Below, piece by piece: positions 12,400 through 22,626 of a stretch of DNA of 64,000 nt. Location: the NCBI GenBank assembly GCA_002269645.1, contig NIVC01000566.1:310001-374000 (forward strand). The letters run 5' to 3'. Source of the DNA: Macrostomum lignano (Eukaryota). The position numbers and the translations under genes were made by a program. The notes under the pieces are model-generated. The model had not been told where the DNA came from. It did no database searches and saw nothing but the letters and a program-made list of their open reading frames with translations. Position 1 is the first letter of the stretch; each line of letters starts with the position of its first letter.

Positions 12400-13315
12400 C
12401 AGTGCCAAAGCATATATAACTGATGCTAAAAATGATCTGTCTGTGTGTGCCCCTGGTCTCGGGTGCATGCTACGTCTGTTGGATGCTTGCTGACTGGCGC
12501 CACTATATAGTAGTCGTATATGCAAGGGATAGAAAAATGCTCAGCGGCTGCGTGCTGTCTGGGGGATGCTTGCTGTCTGGGGGATGCTTGCTGTCTGGGG
12601 GATGCTTGCTGTCTGGGGGATGCTTGCTGTCTGGGGGATGCTTGCTGTCTGGGGGATGCTTGCTGTCTGGGGGATGCTTGCTGTCTGGGGGATGCTTGCT
12701 GTCTGGGGGATGCTTGCTGTCTGGGGGATGCTTGCTATCTGGGGGATGCTTGCTGTCTGGGGGATGCTTGCTGTCTGGGGGATGCTTGCTGTCTGGGGGA
12801 TGCTTGCTGTCTGGGGGATGCTTGCTGTCTGGGGGATGCTTGCTGTCTGGGGGATACTTGCTGTCTGGGGGATGCTTGCTGTCTGGGGGATGCTTGCTGT
12901 CTGGGGGATACTTGCTGTCTGGGGGATGCTTGCTGTCTGGGGGATGCTTGCTGTCTGGGGGATACTTGCTGTCTGGGGATTGCTTGCTGGCTGGGGGATT
13001 GTTTGCTGTCTGGGGGATACTTGCTGTCTGGGGGATGCTTGCTGTCTGGGGGATACTTGCTGTCTGGGGGATGCTTGCTGTCTGGGGGATGCTTGCTGTC
13101 TGGGGGATACTTGCTGTCTGGGGGATGCTTGCTGTCTGGGGGATACTTGCTGTCTAGGGGATTGCTTGCTGACTGCCATGCTCGCCTTCTGGGGGATACT
13201 TCCTGTCAAGGGGATTGCTTGCTGACTGGGAGATTGTTTGCTGTCTGAGGAATGCTTGCTGTCTGGGAGATATTACATTCTTTCTTTGCTCCCCAACGGG
13301 GGCGTAGATTGCTAA
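12400..13315 (+). mobile_element. Second Helitron-like element of the same family, opposite orientation (5' boundary uncertain)
   Basis: 3' end ccccaacgggggcgtagattgctaa (13291-13315) matches the minus-strand end of the 10475 element; it carries the reverse-complement 18-bp array. Confidence 0.5.
12554..13265. repeat. 18-bp minisatellite (gctgtctgggggatgctt), about 39 copies
   Basis: Direct tandem copies; explains the repetitive ORFs at 12423-13248. Confidence 0.95.
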
Positions 13316-13745
13316 GATTTCAAAGCTCACTGGGCTGGGTAAATTGCGTAGATGTCAAGGCTCGAGTTTAATTGCTGCGATGTCGATGTTTAATGAGGGA
13401 ATTCCTCAGATGCCAAGACTTACTGGGGAAATTACTGAGATATCAAGGCCTACTGGGGTCTTGAGATAGCCCTTGGAATATCATGGCTCATAGGGGATGG
13501 CTGAATTGTTGGGGAGGGGGTTAGGTTGCTGAGTGATTGTAAGATCGTCAAGTACATGTAGTACGGCTCAAGTAGCTCATGTATTTAAGATAATAGAATA
13601 GTACACAAAAGTGATGCTGATTTCTTTTAATAGGCAATACCAGTGTATTTAATAAGGGTTTGGTTCTTTGAGTTAGGCTAATAAAGAGGGGTCTAAGGCC
13701 GTGAGCTCCTGCTGTAGACCAGAATATGCCCCGGCCAGTGACAAT

Positions 13746-14412
13746 GGGCCGTATGCAGAAAGCTTAGTCCAGACCATGGATGAATGAATAGAATGGATTG
13801 CTATTCTGGCTCTGGCTATTTTCGTTTTTGACTCTTTTGCATCCGGTTCCCCCCCGTGCCTTTTCATTGGTTGATGATTGCCATAGACAATTTCGCTCGT
13901 GTTTTGAAATAAAGGGGGAAGACCTACGAGCGCTCGATATTCTCTGCAAGTAACTGACATTCTCAGTTCTTTGCGCTTGTGCATCGAAAGAAAGGGGCGA
14001 AGGCCGAAAATTGTCTATGGCAATCATCAACCAATAAAAAGGCACGGGGGGGGGGAACCGGATGCAAAAGAGTCAAAAACGAAAATAGCCAGAGCCAGAA
14101 TAGCAATCCATTCTATTCATTCATCCATGGTCCAGACTAGCTAGTCCGGACTTGGGTAGTTCAGTCTATAGTCTATGGTCTAGCTAGCCTAGTTCTGCTA
14201 TAGTAGACCGGTCTAACTTTGGGCCGTATGCAGAAAGCTTAGTCCAGACTAGCTAGTCCGGACTTGGGAAGTTCAGTCTATAGTCTATGGTCTAGCTACC
14301 CTAGTTCTGTCTATAGTAGACCGGTCTAACTTTGTTTCTGCATACCAAATCCAAGTCCAGACTAGCTTTTCAAGACCGGACTACCCTAGACAGAGCTTTC
14401 TGCATACGGCCC
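13746..14412. mobile_element. PIF/Harbinger-like MITE with duplicated 5' half
   Basis: TIR gggccgtatgcagaaagct at 13746 and 14221, inverted at 14394-14412. A 3-bp AAT duplication lies at 13743-13745 and 14413-14415. Confidence 0.65.
13775..14129. mobile_element. P-superfamily-like MITE nested in the Harbinger-like MITE
   Basis: About 120-bp TIRs starting CATGG (fits CANRG). The 8-bp TSD gtccagac lies at 13767-13774 and 14130-14137, and the uninterrupted site is visible at about 14242. Confidence 0.7.
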
Positions 14413-15663
14413 AATATGCACTAAGAGTTTGTGCTTGAAAGGAAAGCACTGTTTGCTAATTGAGAAAGGGTTTTGGGTTGATGAAGGAAACTGTTTTGGC
14501 TGATGAAAGTTTTGATTCATGGCAATTTGGTGTTATTTTTTAAGGCCCCCAACGTGAGGCTAAATGGCCTTACCATTCTGACAAGAGCTTCTGTTTCGTA
14601 TCCCGGCAGCCCTAGCCTTCTAGGGCTTAAGATTAGAACTTAAAATACTGGGTTTAAAAAATAATCCCCGGCACGCGGCTGGGGGGGGGAGAGGTGGACG
14701 AAGGGGGAGGGATGGGGTTAACACACTTTACACTGACATTAATTATGCAAAGCTGAAGGGATGAAATAAATCAAAATTACTGATGAGTCTGTCGCCATTG
14801 GATATTTTCGGGATCCCGATGATCAATCCCGGGATTCAGAGTCCCAGGATTTATTTCCTATTTGCAGTCTTGAGAGGATTTTGTGTATTTGTGAATTGGA
14901 TCGAAGGCTTCCATTCTGGTTGGTTCTCCTTTTTTGAAGACTTTTAAGTGCCTTCAAGAAAAACTCAGAGCGTTGCGATTTCTTTCCATTTTGAGTGACC
15001 AATTCTCTAGGGTGGTACTGTATCGCTTTTTCGCTTTTACAATCCATGTCGGTCTTATTGATTTTCGTCTTCCTAATCCACTTTTAAACTGTTAAACTGC
15101 AGAGTAAGACCTACACAGATTCTAGAAAATTGTTAAAGATTTCTTAGAAAACTTTCCCAGCTACCCGTAGCCTATCAACTGGGGCAAATGCAGCGAAAAC
15201 CGCAAATAAAGTCACATCATTCCAAACACACTATGCATTTTACCGTGTGCATTAAGCCCTATCCCCTGTCCTGGGGGAATTCAATGAAGTAAACTGGACA
15301 ACAACAGAAAATTCCAACAAGCTGCTTTCGTGGTTGTAAAATGTGGTGACATCTGGTTTGAGCGGCTTGGGAGAGTAAATAGCGGTGTAATTTGAAAAAA
15401 CTCAACCCGCTCTACTCTGCAGTCGCAGACATGTTCGTACATTCATATGAGTAGAGATCGAGTTTTCAAGACAATTTCCAAGAAATTTCTCCAAGCCTCT
15501 GCCGACCCCCACCACTGCTACCTTACTTGTTATAAAACGTGGCCGAAGGAGCCCAGCAGCTGGAGCGAATGAACGAATCGTTGTGTTGAAGCTTCATTAA
15601 ATGACTGGCTCGTATCACTATCAAAAAGTGCACGCTTGAACAAGTTTTGAGCGCCAATCACAC

Positions 15664-15906
15664 ATGAGCTCGGAGTCAGAGTCAGACGGCGACACCGAAG
15701 GTGCTGAGCTCTGCGGCCAGTCGGAGTCGCTGACTCGCCGGCTGCGCAACATCCTCCGCGACTACTCGGACGGCCTGGCCATCCCCAAGGAGCTCATTCA
15801 GAATGCGGACGACGCCGGCGCCACCGAGGTGACGCTGATCTACGACAGCCGAGCCAATCTGCAGTGGCGCGAGACCGTCATGGGCAGGCGGATGGCCGGC
15901 TGCCTG
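15664..15906 (+). CDS. SACS: Sacsin-like copy B, exon 1 (start of first SRR)
   Basis: MSSESESD...GQSESLTRRLRNILRDYSDGLAIPKELIQNADDAGATEV; in-frame stop upstream at 15637; donor ctg|gtgggt at 15907. Confidence 0.85.
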
Positions 15907-16118
15907 GTGGGTGACGGGCGGCTCTAATTGTGTTGGCTGTTGCAGGGGAGTAGCCAGCATCTTATAATAGGTAGGTGCGGTCGCGCCGTTTTATCTGACT
16001 GATTGCCATTTTTAACTGGACGCCGTTCAACTCGACAGGACAGATAATCACAGCGCCATCCCATATCCTTGATTAACAGTAGGAATACCAAGCCATTTTT
16101 TCCGCCCGTCGAACCACC

Positions 16119-17098
16119 AATAAGGAATAAGGAATAAGGAATAAGGAATAAGGAATAAGGAATAAGGAATAAGGAATAAGGAATAGGGAATAAGGAATAA
16201 GGAATAGGGAATGAGGAATAAGGAATAAGGAATAAGGAATAATGAATAAGGAATAAGGAATAGATAATAAGGAATAAGGAATAAGGAATAAGGAATAATG
16301 AATAAGGAATAGAGAATAGGGAATAAAGAATAAGGAATAAGGAATAGAAAATAAGGAATAAGGAATAGAGAATAAGGAATAAGGAATAAGGAATAAGGAA
16401 TAAGGAATAAGGAATAAGGAATAAGGAATAAGGAATAGAGAATAAGGAATAAGGAATAAGGAATAGAGAATAGAGAATAAGGAATAAGGAATAATGAATA
16501 AGGAATAGAGAATAGAGAATAAGGAATAAGGAATAAGGAATAAGGAATAATGAATAAGGAATAGAGAATAGGGAATAAAGAATAAGGAATAAGGAATAGA
16601 GAATAAGGAATAAGGAATAGAGAATAAGGAATAAGGAATAAGGAATAAGGAATAAGGAATAAGGAATAAGGAATAAGGAATAGAGAATAAGGAATAAGGA
16701 ATAAGGAATAGAGAATAAGGAATAAGGAATAGAGAATAAGGAATAAGGAATAAGGAATAAGGAATAAGGAATAAGGAATAAAAAATAGGGAATAAGGAAT
16801 AAGGAATAAGGAATAAGGAATAAGGAATAGAGAATAGGGAATAAAGATTAAGGAATAAGGAATAGAGAATAAGGAATAAGGAATAGAGAATAAGGAATAA
16901 GGAATAAGGAATAAGGAATAAGGAATAAGGAATAAGGAATAAGGAATAGAGAATAAGGAATAAGGAATAAGGAATAGAGAATAAGGAATAAGGAATAGAG
17001 AATAAGGAATAAGGAATAAGGAATAAGGAATAAGGAATAAGGAATAAAAAATAGGGAATAAGGAATAAGGAATAAGGAATAAGGAATAAGGAATAAGG
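16119..17098. repeat. Heptamer satellite (aataagg)n, about 140 units, in sacsin intron 1
   Basis: Direct tandem copies with aatagag/aataatg variants. Confidence 0.97.
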
Positions 17099-17914
17099 CA
17101 GGGAAAGAAATAAGGTGGAAAAAAAGCTCTACGAACCAAAGCGCTCACGCCGAATTGATTGATGCAAAGCAGTAAAAAGGTCGAAGAAAATACGATCGAA
17201 AAATCTGAGCAAACAAGTCAATCAAAAGCAAGAATAAAGTAAGAAAAACGAAAATAAACAGCAGCCCGCACACGCACAACCAGTGAACTTTTAATAAATA
17301 TGTGCGTAAGAAATGCTAAAACTAATATTCTTTAATATTTATTTCAATAGATCTAGATCATTTCAGTCCTGATTCACCAAATCGCAATTCTCCTAACCGT
17401 GATTCTTCAAATCATTTGTGCACACCGCCCCCTCCCCAAAGGACACACAAGACACAGAGCTGGCGAGCAGACGAGGTGTGGGAGCCTGGCAACGGAGCCC
17501 CCCTAAATCGAAATTTATATTTCAGATCATTGAGAAGTTAAAAGCAAAGCAAGTGAAGCCGAAAAGGCGAAACAAAGGGTAAAAGCGAATACAAGAAGGA
17601 ACGAAAAGGGAAAAAAATTCAAGCGCGCAGCGAGACAAACTCAGCTAGCCCGCAGGCATAAAAACCCTCCCGAGGGAGGGGGGTGGGCGCAAGCCCGGGG
17701 GTGTGCGGTGTACACAAACGCCGGTTAGTGCTGGCCGCACAAACCAGTACATTAGTGCACACCACCCCTCCCCAAAGAACACACAAGACAGAGCTGGCGA
17801 GCAGACGAGGTGAGGGAGCCTGGCAACGATCCCCCCAACACCAAAACAAAAGCAGGCGCAAAAGGAAAAGCAAAGCAAAATGAATACGCAAAAGACAAAG
17901 GGGCAAAGAGGCGA

Positions 17915-18952
17915 TCAGCACCGAGAAAGCAAAGCAACCGCCAGCTTCCGAGCAGCACCGAAAGCTGCATCGCCCGGCAACAAATAACCGTTCACTGCGT
18001 CGCTGCGACAGTCGCCCACGCTCTGGATCTCCCTGACTGACAGACCGGAACGCGCCTCCCAGGTGCCTGCACCCCTCCGCAAGCTGTGCACGGAGTAGCC
18101 TGCCGCGCTGATGCCCGCCTTGTTGAGCCAGCACTTGAACTGCACGTCCAACATCCGGGATGTCAGAGAGGCGCTGCCGGCTGAACCGCCTGAGATGGTG
18201 AACAGGCCCTGCTGCGGTAGCCTCAAACGATTGCAGCGAAGATGATCTCGCAGCGCCGCGACGGGAAACAGCGGGTGACCGGGCGTCAGCTGCGGCAGCA
18301 GTAGCCTGTGGCTCCTGCCGAACTGGTTGCTTTTCCCATAGCTGGACAGCAGAAGCAGACCGTCCTTGCATTCCGACAGAAAACTGAGACGCAGCACCGG
18401 CGGATCAGCGCGCCCAACAGGACACAGTCTGGACTTCCTAAACATGCCCCACCAGGCGCACATGACTGCAGCCCAGCAGGCAGCTTGGGCTGGGTTCGAA
18501 CAGTCAGCTTGGCGACGCAGCCTTGTTAAAATCTCGGGAGACACCGGCAGCTCCGCTCCGAGCTCGCGCTTGGCTCCCTGCAGCACCAGGTGCAGCAACG
18601 GATGCTTGGTCAGATCTGGCGCCCCTGCCAGCCGGAAGTTGGCGGAGAGAGCGCTGATGTGCACGCGGATGCTGCCGAAGGAGCTGAGCCGGCTATCCAC
18701 GAGTCGGGCAACGCAATTCGCGAGGTCCTCCGCCCGGCAGCAGAGCGGGTCGAGCCGCCGCTCAAGACAGAAGCGTTGCCAGGAGCGTATGGCGAACGAT
18801 AGCGACTTCTTGGATGATGAGGCGTAAGCCTGCTGAAGAAGCTTGGCGGCGGCGTCGTCGAGAGACCCAGGGAGGCGACCTGCAAAAGGAGAAAGGCGGC
18901 GGTGGGAGGGCTGAGCGCATGACCGGCAAACTCTTGCGGGCTGACACAACAT
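17915..18952 (-). CDS. Tyrosine recombinase of the Ngaro element
   Basis: 345-aa ORF with WWGMFRKS (catalytic R), GKSNQFG, HSLRRGAG (HxxR) and GDCRSDAVNGYL (catalytic Y; the usual W is replaced by C). Confidence 0.9.
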   Translation of the reverse strand: MLCQPARVCRSCAQPSHRRLSPFAGRLPGSLDDAAAKLLQQAYASSSKKSLSFAIRSWQRFCLERRLDPLCCRAEDLANCVARLVDSRLSSFGSIRVHISALSANFRLAGAPDLTKHPLLHLVLQGAKRELGAELPVSPEILTRLRRQADCSNPAQAACWAAVMCAWWGMFRKSRLCPVGRADPPVLRLSFLSECKDGLLLLSSYGKSNQFGRSHRLLLPQLTPGHPLFPVAALRDHLRCNRLRLPQQGLFTISGGSAGSASLTSRMLDVQFKCWLNKAGISAAGYSVHSLRRGAGTWEARSGLSVREIQSVGDCRSDAVNGYLLPGDAAFGAARKLAVALLSRC

Positions 18953-18979
18953 GTTGCATAGGCTCGCAACACAAAATTT

Positions 18980-20620
18980 CTACATAAAAACTTCTAGGGA
19001 ATCTGCGTCAGCAAACAGCTGGAACCGGCCAGGCACATGATGGGCGGTAACAATCACGTTCTGCTTCAGGCAAAGCAGAACAACAGTTTGCAGCAGCCGC
19101 AGCAACCGGGGCTCCCTGGAAGACCCCTTGTTGATGATCGCGCAGGCGGCGGCGTTGTCCCAGTAGACAGCGAACCGGCAGTTGTGCAGCTGATGGCGCC
19201 AGCGCAGCAAGGCCAGCAGGACCGCAGCAGCCTCCTTGTAGTTGATGCAGCACTCGCTGAAGACGCCGCCAGCATCGACATCCCACTTCAGGTAGCATCA
19301 GTCAAAATCAGCCGGGTCACGCAAAATAGCTGCCGCTCCCACCAGGCAGGCGTCCGTCTCTATGGCAACCGGTCTCCTGTCCGTGGGCCAAATTTCACGA
19401 ACTCGCTGCTGCCGCAAGGCCACCTTCCACCAGCCGAGGATGCCCTTCAACTGGTCATCCACCAATAGCCGATCCTTAGAGCTTGACAGGTTGCTGACGC
19501 GGTCGATCAAGTCGCGCAAGAACGGCCGGCCGTTGACAATCACCTGGCAGGCCCAGTTGAGCTTGCCCGCCAGCTTCTGCAGCTCATGCTTGGAGATCCG
19601 CCGCATCGCACAGCTCTGATCAAGGCTGGCCCGCAGCTCTTCCACTTTGGATCCTGGCAAGCTCATAAGCCCTGACAGAGCATTGAACTGGATGCCCAGG
19701 AAGCACATTTCTTGAGTCGGCTGCACGCACTTCTTCCAGTTAACAGTCAGGCCCAGCCTCTGCACCAGGTGCGTCAGCTCCGTGTAGAAACGCCAGCAAT
19801 CAGTCAGCGACCCCGCGAAGCCGAAGTCGTCCATGTAGACCTCGAAGTTGTAAAACTTGCGCTTGAGCATCATGAACCGAATGGCATTGCTAACCTGAAG
19901 GAAGCTGCTGACAGATGCCGCTGTACCAAAGGGCAGCCGGCTGTCAACCATGTAGGTCAGCTTAACGACGTCGCCTTCAAACGTGAACTTCAGGCCGGTG
20001 AGGCAGTGGTCACTTGGGTGAATGCCGCAAGACCTGTAAGCCTGGCTCAGGTCCACCTTGCACATGTACATGCCCTTGCGCAGCCTTCTGCCAAAAGCCG
20101 CTGCCGAAGAAAACCGAAGCTTCCGTTGGCCCACGTACATGTCATTGACCGCGCGACCTTCAGGCTGGCTGCAGTCATGGATGAGCCGGATGCCTCCACC
20201 CGACTTGGGAATGGCACCCAGGGCGCTCACAATCGCCGGCTTTGCACAAACGCGGTATCTGCCCGTCTGCAGCTCCTAATGAACTTGAGCCTCAACACCG
20301 TCACGGTGCTGACTGATGGATCTGTAGTTATCCTGCTCAACAGTGTCACAAGGACCACCTCCCTCCTTCACACCGGAGAGAACGAACTGCGCGAGCTTCG
20401 CTGGCATCTCGGTGCCGGCCAGCTCCAAACGCCAAGCTTAAAAGTGCAAGTCGGTAGAGAAGGTTCCGCCTGAGTCGCCCTCGTCATGCAGTTCATCGAA
20501 GGAAGCAGCAGGGGCGGGCGACTCGATGTTAAGAGACCCCTGCCGCCGAACCCCGCCCATCAGTTTCTTGCCGTCGGGCCACCTGACGCGACGCAGACAA
20601 GGCTTGTTTAATTTGAACAA
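18980..20620 (-). pseudogene. Reverse transcriptase/RNase H (pol) of the Ngaro element, interrupted by in-frame stops
   Basis: One frame reads AWRLEL...VEAQVH*ELQTGRY...SALGAIPK...KVDLSQAYR...LPFG...YMDDF...IETDAC...DFD*CYLKW...INYKEAAAV...DNAAACAIINKGSSR...HVPG. Stops lie at 20438, about 20278 and 19298. Confidence 0.9.
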
Positions 20621-20849
20621 TAATGCAGCGAACTGATATATTTGCTGAGTAAATATTACAACGAAGAAAAGCTAGATTCAGTTATTTAAATACGTAGTGG
20701 TATAAAACGATATTTGAGTTATTGATAAAAGTTAGATTTGAAAGTACGTTATGTGCGCATGCGCATTGATGTACGCATGAGTGGGGTGGACGCTAGGCAT
20801 GGTAAGCAGGGCACAAAGTGAGTCAGTTTAATATCTAGCCAGTCAATAG

Positions 20850-21869
20850 TCAGCGACAACCCCCCAACACGTCAGGGCCACCCTCCGATCCGTGGAAGGT
20901 GGCCTCCGAGTGCGCCTGGACGCAGCGCAGACAACAGTGCGTGAACCGGCACGGATCGCGATGGCAGCCGGACAGTCTGTTGTAGTCAAAGCAGACCGTT
21001 CGCTGGCCTTGCCGCAGCACCAGCCTGCCGCTGCAGACTCGGTGCCATCAGGTGCACCGCTACCAATCCGAGGTCGGTCACCGAGCTGTCCCAGGTGCCG
21101 GCACCCGCCTACTGCGAGGTCAAGGAGGTCGCCGATCTTGGCTGTGTGCTTCAGGTACTCGAGCAACTCAGACATGTCGATGGCGCCGTCTCTGAGGACC
21201 AGAAGCCTGCCGTCCTTCAGCATCTACATCAGCGCATTCACATTCCGGGTAATTCAGTCACCAACAGACAGACTGTCCAGAGTGAACTGTTTCCCTGCCT
21301 TGCTCGATTTGTTCAGCGACAGCCGCTTCCGAGTGCTGATGAAGTGCTGATACGTGCTCGGATGCTGCTGTCCTGGCTGCTGCACTTCATTTGGCCCTCC
21401 AGTTTTGGGTCCAAAAAACAAAGTCCTCAAGGGATGAGTACTCACCGGGTACCGCGACATTCGGTGGTCGTTGCGGCGGCTCATCAACCCTGCCGCCCAG
21501 CTGCCGGATCTCAGCCTCCATGCGCGCTTGATCCCGGCGAATCGTCAGCAGGCGAAGCTGCTTCTCCGCCTCCAGCAGCTCCCGGCCCAGGTCGCCAGTC
21601 CCGTAGGTCTCTCCTGCCGCCCTCCTGTCGCCGGATGTCGCCCTCCTGTCGTCCGAAGACATCTCGCTGAGCTCCTGCCTCCTTGGATGATCGCTGCTGT
21701 CACGATTGTCGATGAGTCCAGAGATCGATGCTGATTGGGCTCCTGCTGAGTCTCGTGCCTCCGCCTGTCGGAGTCTCTCTTGCAAGGTGTGTTTGTTTCC
21801 AGCAGTATGCAGGCCTCTTGCACGCAAGGCGGTGCGCAGCTCCTTTACAGTCATAGGGCTGTGTGACAT
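20850..21869 (-). pseudogene. gag-like ORF1 of the Ngaro element (N-terminal SAP-like motif, C-terminal Zn knuckle), frameshifted
   Basis: N-terminus TVKELRTALRARGLHTAGNKHTLQERL. Later frames give SLSVGD*ITRNVNALM*MLKDG...LEYLKHTAKIGDL and VCFDYNRLSGCHRDPCRFTHCCLRCVQAH at about 20905-21000. Confidence 0.75.
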
Positions 21870-22176
21870 GACTCAGCAGTCCAAAAAACATTTCAAGCGC
21901 GCAGCGAAACACCAACTCAGCTAGCCCGCAGGCATAAAAACCCTCCCAAGGGAGGGGGTGGGCGCAAGCCCGGAGGGGGTTGGCGGTGTACACAAACGCC
22001 GGTTAGTGCTGGCCGCACAAACCAGTTCATAATTTACAAAATCCCTTTGGCCTCGCGTAATCCCAAAAAAAATTGTTTAGTCCCAGCTCACCAAATGTGA
22101 GAAACATCTCAGGTAAATAAATTCCGACAAAGCTGACTGCTGGATGTTTCGCTCCCTCGCCCTACCTGCCTCTCAG

Positions 22177-22407
22177 GGCCCCTGCCTCTGGGCGCACAAC
22201 GACGCGCAGTTTACTGACGACGACTTTAAGAACCTGCTGAGCCTTGGCGGCGCCACCAAGGAGGCGCAGGCGGCGAAGGTGGGCAAATTCGGCCTCGGAT
22301 TCAACGCCGTCTACAACCTGACGGACGTGCCGGCCGTCCTCAGCGGCTGCCAGCTGCAGCTGCTTGACCCGCACGGCGAGACGCGGGGCCGTGGATTCCT
22401 GGAGGAG
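22177..22407 (+). CDS. SACS: Sacsin-like copy B, exon 2
   Basis: Acceptor ctctcag|; GPCLWAHNDAQFTDDDFKNLLSLGGATKEAQAAKVGKFGLGFNAVYNLTDVP; 231 nt, phase 0; donor gag|gtgagt. Confidence 0.9.
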
Positions 22408-22626
22408 GTGAGTAGCTTCGGTAGGGTATTACCGAAGTATTTCCTCATGTCCTTTGGTTCACTCTAATCTTGAACCTCTACTGTCCTTCAAAGGCGTCCA
22501 AAGCGTGGCTTAACCTTCCGACCAATTTTTGTTGTTTGATATAAGGTTGTAATAGTTATTACTTTAATGGTCTCCCATTGTTAAATAAATGAATGCTACA
22601 TTTTCTATTGACCCTTACTTCGTCAG

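Larger units (their letters stand above)
17418..22030 (-). mobile_element. Ngaro-type (DIRS order) tyrosine-recombinase retrotransposon, structurally complete but decayed, antisense in sacsin intron 1
   Basis: Split direct repeats in the order A1 (21892-22030) - gag - RT/RNaseH - YR - B1 (17755-17828) - A2 (17618-17752) - B2 (17418-17494) on the minus strand; no TSD. Confidence 0.92.

Noticed and set aside
12423-13248. Several 220-245 aa repetitive ORFs on both strands
   Set aside because: Products of an 18-bp stop-free minisatellite.
16048-17148. 366-aa ORF (LFLIPYS repeats)
   Set aside because: Translation of the heptamer satellite.
19712-20473. 253-aa plus-strand ORF
   Set aside because: Antisense shadow of the GC-rich RT frame; no recognisable motifs.
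17915-21869. Directed hypermutation (APOBEC/RIP-like) of the Ngaro element
   Set aside because: The lesions are few and mixed (one likely TGG>TGA, other stops, indels); no consensus is available to show a bias.
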